A model generated the notes under the pieces. The model made no database searches, was not told the DNA's origin, and saw only the letters and a program-made list of their open reading frames with translations. From contig JADJRG010000022.1 in assembly GCA_016712315.1 (NCBI GenBank), positions 1,058,522 to 1,122,521 on the forward strand: a stretch of 64,000 nt of DNA, in the 5' to 3' direction. Made by a program: the position numbers and the translations under genes. Origin of the DNA: Nannocystis sp. (lineage in GTDB: Bacteria; Myxococcota_A; Polyangia; Nannocystales; Nannocystaceae). The first letter of the stretch is position 1. Each line of letters opens with the position of its first letter. Below, piece after piece: positions 1-8,863 of the stretch.

Positions 1-261
1 GCCCCGCTGCGCCTACTTCCGCGGCGGAGGAGCGCATGACACTCTTGGAGGCCGCGGTACGCGAGGGACTCGAGGAGATACAACTCCTCCGGGACACTCT
101 GCGTGCGGCACTCGTCGCCGCCGCCGCTCCGACAAATGATCCTCGACCGCAGAATGTCAACGAGCCGCCGCCCCCGCCGCCGCGCCGCCCACACAGCCCT
201 TGATCCAGGAAGAGCTGGTCCTGCTGGCGCCACTCGCCCTCCCAGGAGTAGGCTCCCACCC

Positions 262-1351
262 ATGGCGCCACGGATCCGGCTCCTCCTCGCCTTCGGGCTC
301 GGGCTCGCCTGCCAGCCGACGCAGGGCGAGACGACGTCGTTCGCGTCGGTGCCGACGACGGCACCTCCTCCCTCGGGATCAGACTCCAGCGCGGCGGACA
401 CGAGCGGCGGCAGCGACGGGGGGGCGTCGCAAGGGAGCTCGGGCGGAGGGGCGAGCGACGCGAGCTCGTCCGCGGACCCGAGCGTGGGCACCGGCGACAC
501 GACGCTGCTCTACGACGTCGGCCCCGACACTGACACCGCCACCGGCAGCGACACGAAGCCGGCGGGGTGCGAGGGCAAGATCGACCTGCTCTTTGTCCTC
601 TCGCGCGACGCTTCGATGAAGAGCAGCCAAGAAAAACTGCTCGCGGCGTTTCCCGGCTTCATCGCCACCATCCAGGCGAAGTCGCGGATTTTGACTACCA
701 CATCATGGTCGTCGACGGTGACACCGAGTGGGGCCTGATCACCTGTGACCTGGCTTGCGCGATGGAGGGCTTCTGTGGCGGGGTCCCGGACTACCCTTGC
801 GATCTGCTTCACCTCGTCACCGACTGCGACCGCACGATCGGCGCCGGCAACGTCTTCGCCGCAGGTGGGAACGCGAGCAACAAGCCGTGCCAGATCGCGG
901 GCGGGCGGCGCTACCTGACCAACGAGCAGCCGAACCTCGCCGAGACCTTCGCCTGCGTCGCCAGGCTCGGCGTCAGCGGTCGCGATCTGATGGGCCAAGC
1001 GCTCAGCGCCGCGATGAAGCCGGAGATGAACGCCCCGGGCGGCTGCAACGCCGGCTTCCTCCGTGACGATGCGTTGCTGATGGTCACCTTTCTCGGCGGC
1101 TACGACTACGACTCGAAGGGCAACCCGGATCTGTGGGCAGATCGTGTGCTCTCGGCCAAGGGCGGTGATCCGGGCGCGGTGGTGATGCTGAGCATCCTCA
1201 ACCCCGACTGTCCAGCGCCCGATCGGATCTGCGAGCTCGTCAAAGAAATTCCCGTACCACATGGTTGCGGACGGCAACCTGGACTTCGTTGATGCGTTCG
1301 AGGCCGCGACCGATCTGGTCGCGGAGGCGTGCGCCGAGTTCATCCCGGGCT
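262..1351 (+). pseudogene. Lipoprotein (lipobox signal MAPRIRLLLAFGLGLAC) with S/G/D-rich linker and a VWA/Cys-rich C-terminal region; reading frame breaks twice (near nt 682 and nt 1260)
   Basis: Three consecutive protein-like ORF segments (103..738 frame 1, 567..1292 frame 0, then back to frame 1 ending at the TGA at 1349..1351). The segments join into one continuous polypeptide if 2 nt are skipped at ~682 and 1 nt at ~1260. ATG at 262 is followed by a signal peptide and lipobox. Could be genuine pseudogenisation or sequencing indels. Confidence 0.35.
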
Positions 1352-1361
1352 GAGCACGGGC

Positions 1362-3027
1362 TCAGCCGCCGATGTAAGCGACCGCGGGATACCCGCTGTT
1401 GCCGAGGCCGCCCGCGTACACCTCGCCGAAGGCGCCGATCGCGACGGCGATCGCCATGTGGAAGTTCTTGTTGTCCTCGCGACTGTAGGTCCACAGCGGC
1501 GCCGCTGATCCAGGCTTAAACGCTCGCACCCAGAAGGCGCCTTCGTTGCCCTTGGCCCCGCCCATCACGACGACGGCGTAGCCGGCCGGGCTCCAGGCGA
1601 TGTCATGTGGCCCATAGGACAGGCTCGGCAGATCACCGATCGGCGCGAACCAATCGTCGCCACCCTTCGGATCGTGGACGCGGAGAGTCGCCTTCGGATC
1701 GCAGTCATCGCCGCAGATAAATCCTGCGGTGATGTAGCGCCCTTGCTCGTCGATCGTGAGCGCCCGGCCGCCGGTCTGGGCGTCTCCCTCGATGCCGCCG
1801 ACCTTCCACTTGTGGGCCGTGGTGATCACATCGACCTCGAGGGTGAAGTGGCGGTCTCGCTTGAGTTGTAGGAATTTTTCATGCTTTCCGTTCGCCTCTC
1901 CGACCATCACGAGCGTGTCGCCCGCGAACGCGCAGTCGCGGACGATCTCGGTGAACTTGTGCGGCACCTCGTCGTCCTTTTTGGCCACGTAGTCGAAGGT
2001 CTGCGCTTCGCCGAACTGGTTCGGCCGATAGATCCACGCGGCGGCGTCCCAAGCGTCGGGGTGGCCGCTGGGAGCGGCGCCGCAGACGGCGATCAAGCCG
2101 GAGGGGTGGGCGCCGAGGGCGAGGGCGAGCTCGTCCTTTCCGCCGAGGCCGCGGGGGGTTACGCCAGCGTCCCACGAGCTGAGTTGCCCGAGCCACCACT
2201 CGGTTCCGCCGACACCTGTCCGGTAGGCCAGGAGGTTGATCGCGCCGTCGGCGTCGATCTTCATGTCGATGGGGGCGCAGGTTAACCCGGGCAGCACGCT
2301 GCGGAACGAACTCCATCCGCCCTGGTTGCGACGGCGCAGGTAGCAGCGGCTATCCCCGGCGAGCGTGTCTTGGCCGAACTCAACGGGATCGCCGCTCGGC
2401 AACACGCCGAGCGCCTTGACGATCCCGCTGCCGCTGAGCTCGTTGATCTCCCAAAAGATCTCCTCTCCGGGCGTCGGAAGGTCGATCGTGTAGCTCGTCG
2501 TCACTGCGTCGCCGGCCAGATCGCCGCGCCACGGGGTGAGCTTGAGAAACTGCGTGCCGTTGGCGAGGCCGGTGTTGACGGCGAGCTCGCCCTGAAAAAT
2601 AACGGGGTCCCGATCGTGCTCGAGGTCGGGGTCAAGGGCAGCGAGTTGGATCAAGGATCCATCTTCGAGCTGCATCGATACGCCTTCGGCCCCCTCGGCC
2701 GTGACCGTGACGGTGAGCGGCCCGTTTTTAAAGATGATCGGCCCGGGGGTGAGCTCGTACCCGACAATCCCCGGGGCGGGCAGGGCGCCTTCGGTGTCGT
2801 CGCCGGTGTCGCTAAGCGGATGAGGCGTCGCTGTCGCTGTCGGAGCCGTGAGGCGGCGGTTCGGTCGTGACGGTGCTGATCGGTGGGCTGCTGTTGGCGG
2901 AGTCGTCGCTGCCGCTGTCGCTGTCGCTGTCCTCGGTCGTGTAGTACTCCAGCAGGGTCTCGTACCCGCTCGGGTCGTAGCAGGCGGGCACAAGGGCGAG
3001 GAGGAGGACATGGGCGGGTCGACGCAT
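1362..3027 (-). pseudogene. Secreted lipoprotein (MRRPAHVLLLALVPAC signal) with D/S-rich linker and a large C-terminal domain; single-nucleotide frameshift near nt 2815
   Basis: ATG at 3027 opens a frame with a lipoprotein signal and a TEDSDSDSGSDDS linker that stops at 2812. The long ORF 1362..3011 continues in another frame (…LSDTGDDTEGALPAPGIVGYEL…). Removing one T in GCTTAGC restores one frame reading …SDSDASSASDTGDDTEG…. No family assigned. Confidence 0.4.
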
Positions 3028-3244
3028 GCGGAGATTTCCTGGACGCGCAGCGGTAGGCGCGGTTGCGAGCATGCGCTGATTCGCGCGCGCTAGGCAAGGG
3101 GCGCGCGTGCGACGGCTCGCCGCGAGCACGTTCTGACGCCGAGCACGGAAGCGGTCTCGGTCGTGGCCCCCCGAAGCGGGCCCATCCAACAAGCCCAGGC
3201 GTTGAGCACTGCCGCACCCTCGATCTCAGCGGAGACGTGCACGA

Positions 3245-4507
3245 GATCAGCTCGCCTTGATGCCGACAGGCGTTGAGCACATCTCGCAGGGCGGCAGCTC
3301 AGGCTCGCAGACACCTTCGGATCAGCTCGCCTTGATGCCGACAGGCGTTGAGCACCGCGCGGCGGCCGAGCTACAGGAGATCGCCCGCGAGATCAGCTCG
3401 CCTTGATGCCGACAGGCGTTGAGCACGCCAGCACCGCCCCAACCGATACGGTCCTGGAGCGATCAGCTCGCCTTGATGCCGACAGGCGTTGAGCACAAGA
3501 CGCTAACGATTTTGGGGGTGCTCGCGCTGCTGGGATCAGCTCGCCTTGATGCCGACAGGCGTTGAGCACCAGACCACCTCGCTCACCCTCCCCACCGATC
3601 TCAAGATCAGCTCGCCTTGATGCCGACAGGCGTTGAGCACGAGGAGGCCATGTTCGAGGCGAACTCGCGCATGTGAGATCAGCTCGCCTTGATGCCGACA
3701 GGCGTTGAGCACGCGCGCTTGCCCGGCGTGGAGGCCCTGCTTGCGGTCTGGGATCAGCTCGCCTTGATGCCGACAGGCGTTGAGCACCACCCGAGCCGCG
3801 AGATGTAGTCGGTCCGATCGCCGACCGATCAGCTCGCCTTGATGCCGACAGGCGTTGAGCACGGCGTCGGAGACCACGGCGAGATCTGGGCACATTTGAT
3901 CAGCTCGCCTTGATGCCGACAGGCGTTGAGCACGCCCGCAGCGAGTAGACGGTCGCGACGGCCTGCCCGTGATCAGCTCGCCTTGATGCCGACAGGCGTT
4001 GAGCACTCGTGTCGCTACTCGAGAGCTACGTGCGCGCACCCCCCCGGATCAGCTCGCCTTGATGCCGACAGGCGTTGAGCACTCGACGGCGCTCACCGGC
4101 TGGCCGGTGTAGGCGTGATCAGCTCGCCTTGATGCCGACAGGCGTTGAGCACAGTTCCGCAAGGTCTTCCTCGTCGGCGACTCTGCGATCAGCTCGCCTT
4201 GATGCCGACAGGCGTTGAGCACAGCGCGCGCGGGCCGGGGCCGGCGGAGATCTTGTGATCAGCTCGCCTTGATGCCGACAGGCGTTGAGCACTTGCACGT
4301 CGAGGTGGCCAGGGGTGAGATGAGCCCGATCAGCTCGCCTTGATGCCGACAGGCGTTGAGCACTCTTTCTTGCTCACTTGCGTGAGCCCTTCTGCTTCGT
4401 GATCAGCTCGCCTTGATGCCGACAGGCGTTGAGCACATCGCGGCCTCGCAGAGCTGGTGCAGGCCGAACAGGATCAGCTCGCCTTGATGCCGACAGGCGT
4501 TGAGCAC
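3245..4507 (+). CRISPR. CRISPR array: 18 identical 36-bp direct repeats (GATCAGCTCGCCTTGATGCCGACAGGCGTTGAGCAC) with 17 unique 34-40 bp spacers; degenerate partial repeats at 3174..3209 and 4544..4579
   Basis: Repeat start positions read directly: 3245, 3320, 3391, 3461, 3534, 3605, 3677, 3752, 3827, 3898, 3971, 4047, 4117, 4187, 4257, 4328, 4401, 4472. The repeat contains an internal hairpin (CGCCT-N10-AGGCG) followed by an 8-nt TTGAGCAC tail, resembling a 3'-handle if transcribed left to right. No cas genes in the window. Confidence 0.97.
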
Positions 4508-4708
4508 TCAATCCTCGATAGAGTACCAGGGGCGGGGAAGCGCGATCAGCTCACCGGCAAGAGCGGCACCGGCAAGAGGTCGGACGGATACGATTGCCTT
4601 GGCGACCACCGCTGTCGTGGGTCGCCGCCCTCACCGGCCCGTGACGTATCCGTGCCACACCCGTGCCAAATTCTGCGTACTCAGCCGCACTCACGCGTGA
4701 TCCGCGCG

Positions 4709-4745
4709 AAAAACAAAAAACCCCCTTACGGGGGCTGGGAGGGCT
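4709..4745 (-). terminator. Intrinsic-terminator-like hairpin (CCCCC-TTAC-GGGGG) followed on the minus strand by a TTTTTTGTTTTT tract
   Basis: Plus strand reads AAAAACAAAAAACCCCCTTACGGGGGCT, an A/T tract that is conspicuous in a ~70% GC background. The 5-bp GC stem is short and no minus-strand gene lies immediately to the right, so its function is uncertain. Confidence 0.3.
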
Positions 4746-4807
4746 CAGAACGGCGTCTTTGTTCTGTCTGGTTGGTTTCGCTGCTCGGGTCGGCGGTCTA
4801 CCTCGAC

Positions 4808-6190
4808 ATGATGACGGATCCCGGCACCTCGGGGATCACCGTCACAGGCACCACCACCGGAGACACCACCGGCGAACCCGATCCCTTCTGTGGCGACGGC
4901 GCCGTCGATCCAGGCGAAGAGTGCGACGAAGGGCCCGCCAACGACGACAACGGCGCCTGCACGACCACCTGCAAGCTCCCGATCTGCGGCGACGGCTACG
5001 TCCAAGCCGGCGAGGCGTGCGACGACGGCAACGATGACAACAACGACACCTGCGTCGAGGGCTGCGCCGCCAACGTCTGCGGCGACGGCTTCGTCGGGCC
5101 TGGCGAGGCCTGCGACGATCCTCGGGATCCCTCGTGCACGGACAAGTGCGCCCTCGCCACCTGCGGTGACGGCATCCTGCACCAGGGAGAGGAGTGCGAC
5201 GACGGTAACGGCGACGACGACGACGCCTGCATCAGCACCTGTCTGAACGCCGTGTGCGGCGACGGCCACGTCTACCTCGGCGTCGAGCTCTGCGACGACG
5301 GCGACCAGAACAACGCCAACGGCTGCACCACCCTCTGCGCGCCGCCGGCCTGTGATGATGGGATCAAGAGCGGCCTCGAGACCGACGTCGACTGCGGCGG
5401 CTCGTGCACCGACTGCTCTAAAGGACAGGCGTGTGCCAAGGGCAGCGATTGTGACACTGACGCCTGCGCGGACAACATCTGCGCCTTCGGCCGCCATTGT
5501 CAGGACATCCGCACCTCCTCACCCGAGGCGCCCACCGGCCTCTACACCGTCGACTTCGACGGCGACGGCCCCGAGCCGGAGGCGACCGTCTATTGTGAGA
5601 TGGACACGGACGGCGGTGGTTGGACCCTCCTCCAGCGCACCGTCTGGGACCCCACCAAGACCGCCGCCCTCTTCACCACCTACGCCGACTGGTACGGCAA
5701 GACCGTCGGCGCGCCGACCCCCGGAGAGGGCTACCGCCTCGCTGGCAAGTTTTGGAGCGACATCACCGTCGGCAAGCGTCACATGCTCGTCCACCGCGTC
5801 CGCAAGGCCCAGAGCGGCGAGTCCTGCGGCCCGCTCGCCTACGTCGGCACCGACGGCACGTTCTCGATCAACCAGAGCAGCGCCACCCTCACGGGCCTCC
5901 AGGCGACCGTGAACATGATCAACAACACCCTCCTCTCGACGACCAACAGCGGCCCCAGCACCTCCTGTATCAACGCCAACGGCGGCGTCCCGTGGTTCTA
6001 CTCGAGCTGCTGCACCACCTGCCCAACCTTCGCCGGCTCCTACTGGGCCCAGCCGCATCCCATGGCCAGCTACACCGCCGGGACCCCTGACTACTTTAAC
6101 AAGACCAGCCAAGACGTCTGCGACGGGGCCGCCGCGATCATCTCCAACGGCTACTACGGGATCAACGACATGGGCTACTTCGCCCGCTGA
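4808..6190 (+). CDS. Secreted protein with myxobacterial cysteine-rich repeats (CGDGxxxxGExCDDGN, about 7 copies) and a C-terminal fibrinogen-related domain (FReD)
   Basis: ORF 4457..6190 trimmed to ATG 4808, because the upstream part overlaps the CRISPR array; an alternative TTG lies at 4772. Repeats such as [24 protein letters not shown] occur several times. The C-terminus ([21 protein letters not shown]…YADWYGK…AGKFWSDIT) matches the fibrinogen C-terminal globular-domain signature (YCDM..DGGGWTV.QRR…W..YK.GFG…FWLGN). Confidence 0.8.
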   Translation: MMTDPGTSGITVTGTTTGDTTGEPDPFCGDGAVDPGEECDEGPANDDNGACTTTCKLPICGDGYVQAGEACDDGNDDNNDTCVEGCAANVCGDGFVGPGEACDDPRDPSCTDKCALATCGDGILHQGEECDDGNGDDDDACISTCLNAVCGDGHVYLGVELCDDGDQNNANGCTTLCAPPACDDGIKSGLETDVDCGGSCTDCSKGQACAKGSDCDTDACADNICAFGRHCQDIRTSSPEAPTGLYTVDFDGDGPEPEATVYCEMDTDGGGWTLLQRTVWDPTKTAALFTTYADWYGKTVGAPTPGEGYRLAGKFWSDITVGKRHMLVHRVRKAQSGESCGPLAYVGTDGTFSINQSSATLTGLQATVNMINNTLLSTTNSGPSTSCINANGGVPWFYSSCCTTCPTFAGSYWAQPHPMASYTAGTPDYFNKTSQDVCDGAAAIISNGYYGINDMGYFAR

Positions 6191-6453
6191 TCGTCGGCGC
6201 ACGAGCGCGCGGGCGCTTATCACAGGGCACCCGCGCGTGAAGCTCGATCTCATGAGATCTGACACTTCATCACTCCTGAGCAATCGGCCTTGTCCGGAAG
6301 CAAGTCTTCTTGAGCTTGTCGTCGCGACTCGCCCCGAATATGTTCCGATCCAGGCGCCGATGTGGCGTCGATTCCCCGGGGACAGCGAGGCCTGCGCCGA
6401 GATCGGGGCCTGCGATTTATCGCTGGCCTCGGGGGTCAGCACGTGACCTCGCC

Positions 6454-6918
6454 ATGACCCTTCACGCATCCTCCTGGGGCTCTTACGAGCTCGACGACTC
6501 CTGGACCGACGATACAGCGCACGTACTCCGGCGCGCTGGCGCGGACGGCTCGATCGAGACCTTGGTCGTGCACCGCGATCCTGGAGGCGCGGGCTCGACG
6601 GCCATGGAGTACGCCGAGAAGCAAAAGCTGCTGCTCGCGAGCCTTCCAGGTTTCGTGCTGCAGCACTCGTTGCCCTGCCAGTTGGACGGGATCGAGGCGC
6701 ATGAGCTCGCCTTCGCCTGGACCACGCCGAACGGCCCAATCGAGCAGGTACAGATCCAGGTGCCCGGACCAGACGGAATGGTCATGTTCACATCGACCGG
6801 CGCGCCGCGCCTCACGCCGGGTGGACGCGACGCGCTCAAGCGAGCGCTGCTCAGCGCGCTCATCCCCCCAACCCCGTCAACCCTGGATCGATATGCCCCT
6901 GGCAGCGAGACTCGGTGA
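6454..6918 (+). CDS. Small protein encoded directly upstream of, and overlapping, the prePAAR effector; candidate Eag-family (DUF1795-like) effector chaperone
   Basis: ATG at 6454 within ORF 6310..6918, about 154 aa, overlapping the next start by 26 nt. Its size, position and the pattern SYELDDSWTDDT…TLVVHRD…MEYAEKQ…LPGFVL…LDG are consistent with DUF1795/EagR-like chaperones, which characteristically precede prePAAR effectors. The family call rests on context and loose similarity. Confidence 0.4.
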   Translation: MTLHASSWGSYELDDSWTDDTAHVLRRAGADGSIETLVVHRDPGGAGSTAMEYAEKQKLLLASLPGFVLQHSLPCQLDGIEAHELAFAWTTPNGPIEQVQIQVPGPDGMVMFTSTGAPRLTPGGRDALKRALLSALIPPTPSTLDRYAPGSETR

Positions 6919-8302
6919 TCCGGTCGGCCATGACTTCGACTTCGAGGGCTTCGGGGCGCAGCTCGGCGCGTCCTTCGGCGCGGCGCTCGGGGCGGCCGCC
7001 GTGAGCGAGGTGGCGACGCGCGGAAGTATCGTCGTCACCGGCATCGGGTTCGTGGCTGGTGGGCTCGTCGGCGGCTATCTCGCGGGCCGAGCGGCCGAAA
7101 GAGCGCGAGGTCTCGTGATCAGTGAGGCGCGCCAGGCCGGCGCATGGCTGGGCGAGAAGATGGGTCGAAGCATCGGCGCCTGGCTCGAAGAGCACCTTGG
7201 GAGCTTCAAGGTCACGACCGGCGCGATCGTGGTGGGAGACTTCACTGTGCTCATTGAATCGATGCCCGCAGCCCGCTCATGCGTCGACTTCGCGGCGTGC
7301 TCAGATCACCCCACTACGATTCCCCCCGCGATTATCAAGGGGAGCGAGACCGTGCGGATTGGCCGGCAACCCGCGGCACGGGTCGGGGACACGGGGGCCT
7401 GCACCTTCGAGATCCTATCCGGCGCGCGGACTGTATATGTCGGCGGGGCCTCACACTTGTGCGCATGCGCGGCGCTGTGGAAGAAGTACCAGGACGAGGC
7501 CGAGGCGATCATCGTTCCCCACGACGATGACCCCCGCGCCCGCAATCGAGCGATCAGCGCCGCCTACGCAGATCTTTACCTCAACAACCCAGACTTCGTG
7601 TGGGCTGGTCTCGCAGCATATGCGAGCAAGCAGGTCGGATGCGCGATGGACAGCGCCACCCACGCGATCGACGTGGGTGGCAAGCTCGTGGGCGCCGGGA
7701 CGCCAGCCGCGCTGGTGTCGCCTCTTTCTGGCCTCGGGTTGGCAGGATACGGCCTCGGCGCCGCAGGTGCCGCCGCGTACACCCGTGACATGCTCGGGAA
7801 GGGCAACCGAGACCTTTTCATGGACATCTACCCGATTCACCGCTTCTACCAGGAGGAGGGCTTCGAACGAATGAAGGCCTGCGCAGGCGCCCGAACGCCG
7901 CCGCTCGAGCCCGAGGCCCTCGCCGGCTTCGAGGCGTTGACGCGCGGCGATCGCCGTGAGAGCTTGCGGCAGATCGCGTTTCACGAGCAGATCAATGTGC
8001 TCCAACCCTTGATCTACGATGATTACCTGTTGCGCAAGATCCTCGTCGCTAACGAGACTGGCGCCCCGCTGACCAGCCCGGCGAAGCTGGTGCTCGGCAG
8101 CGGGTGCGAGGACGGCCCGACGACCCACTTCAGCCGCGGATGGTTCAACAGCGGCAGTCAGGGAGACGTGCCTGAGCTATATGACGCGAGCGAGCGCATG
8201 AACTGGATTCTTCAGGACGCGACGCCCCTGTACGAAGAAGTGTTAGGCACCGAGAAGCACCTCGAGGATCTGGAGCAGATCAAGGACCAGGCGCCACCAT
8301 GA
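6893..8302 (+). CDS. T6SS-type prePAAR effector: N-terminal prePAAR motif (AARLGDPVGH = AARxxDxxxH), Gly-rich transmembrane region, PAAR domain (two PAAR motifs), C-terminal ~270-aa domain of unknown function (putative toxin)
   Basis: ATG 6893 in ORF 6701..8302, with N-terminus MPLAARLGDPVGHDFDF. The hydrophobic GASFGAALGAAAVSEVATRGSIVVTGIGFVAGGLVGGYLAG stretch precedes …ESMPAARSCVDFAACSDH…RIGRQPAARVGDTGAC…, the PAAR spike-tip family. The C-terminal domain (from about WKKYQDEAEAIIVPHDDDP to the end) could not be assigned. The stop overlaps the start of the next gene (ATGA). Confidence 0.75.
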   Translation: MPLAARLGDPVGHDFDFEGFGAQLGASFGAALGAAAVSEVATRGSIVVTGIGFVAGGLVGGYLAGRAAERARGLVISEARQAGAWLGEKMGRSIGAWLEEHLGSFKVTTGAIVVGDFTVLIESMPAARSCVDFAACSDHPTTIPPAIIKGSETVRIGRQPAARVGDTGACTFEILSGARTVYVGGASHLCACAALWKKYQDEAEAIIVPHDDDPRARNRAISAAYADLYLNNPDFVWAGLAAYASKQVGCAMDSATHAIDVGGKLVGAGTPAALVSPLSGLGLAGYGLGAAGAAAYTRDMLGKGNRDLFMDIYPIHRFYQEEGFERMKACAGARTPPLEPEALAGFEALTRGDRRESLRQIAFHEQINVLQPLIYDDYLLRKILVANETGAPLTSPAKLVLGSGCEDGPTTHFSRGWFNSGSQGDVPELYDASERMNWILQDATPLYEEVLGTEKHLEDLEQIKDQAPP

Positions 8303-8844
8303 TCAAGTCCTCGTATCCTCGCGTCGTCGCGGCGCCGCAGATGCCCCTCAGCGAGGTCATGGCGCGCTCGTCCGCGCAGATGAGCGTCCCTCGGGCGACG
8401 GGCGGGCTGTGCGCGGCGCAGCCGCTGCAGCCTCATGCATTCGAGATCGGCGACGCCAACGTCGGCCTTCGCCTCGACCCCGGCTGTTTCACCCTGCTAG
8501 GGCTCCTCGACGCCACTGTCGTGAGCATTCGCGTCTCACCTCAGCTCGACTACGTCGACGCGTACGCTGGCGCTGCGTTGCTCGAGCGCTGCGCCGCCCT
8601 GCTCGACGCCGCGACCTGGGAGCGTGACGGCTTGTTCTCCGCGGAACAAGCGCGCGTCACAGCCACCATCACCGGAGAGGCCCTCGCCGGGACCTGGCAC
8701 GCCCGTACCTGGACAACGCAGCTCCGGCTTCGACGCGTCCACACAGCCGCGGGCTCACCTGCTCTGGCGCTCGGAAAGCATCACGATCTCTTTCTCGTGA
8801 CCCTGTCCGTGAGCGGCGCTCACTCGGGCTGCCGAGCGCCGTAA
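8299..8844 (+). CDS. Candidate cognate immunity protein, translationally coupled to the PAAR effector
   Basis: The ATG at 8299 overlaps the effector TGA (ATGA), 181 aa, no recognisable domain. The assignment rests purely on the effector-immunity gene-pair architecture. Confidence 0.45.
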   Translation: MIKSSYPRVVAAPQMPLSEVMARSSAQMSVPRATGGLCAAQPLQPHAFEIGDANVGLRLDPGCFTLLGLLDATVVSIRVSPQLDYVDAYAGAALLERCAALLDAATWERDGLFSAEQARVTATITGEALAGTWHARTWTTQLRLRRVHTAAGSPALALGKHHDLFLVTLSVSGAHSGCRAP

Positions 8845-8863
8845 ACCCCGTATGCAGTCGCGC

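Noticed and set aside
4457-4807. 5' part of ORF 4457..6190, which would start inside the CRISPR array
   Set aside because: It is translated through CRISPR repeats and spacers and has no signal-like sequence. The gene was trimmed to ATG 4808; an alternative TTG lies at 4772.
4745-6739. Minus-strand ORFs 4745..5497 and 5519..6739 (406 aa), antisense to the FReD gene
   Set aside because: Gly/Ala/Arg/Val-rich antisense frames typical of high-GC DNA; the plus-strand gene has clear domain motifs.
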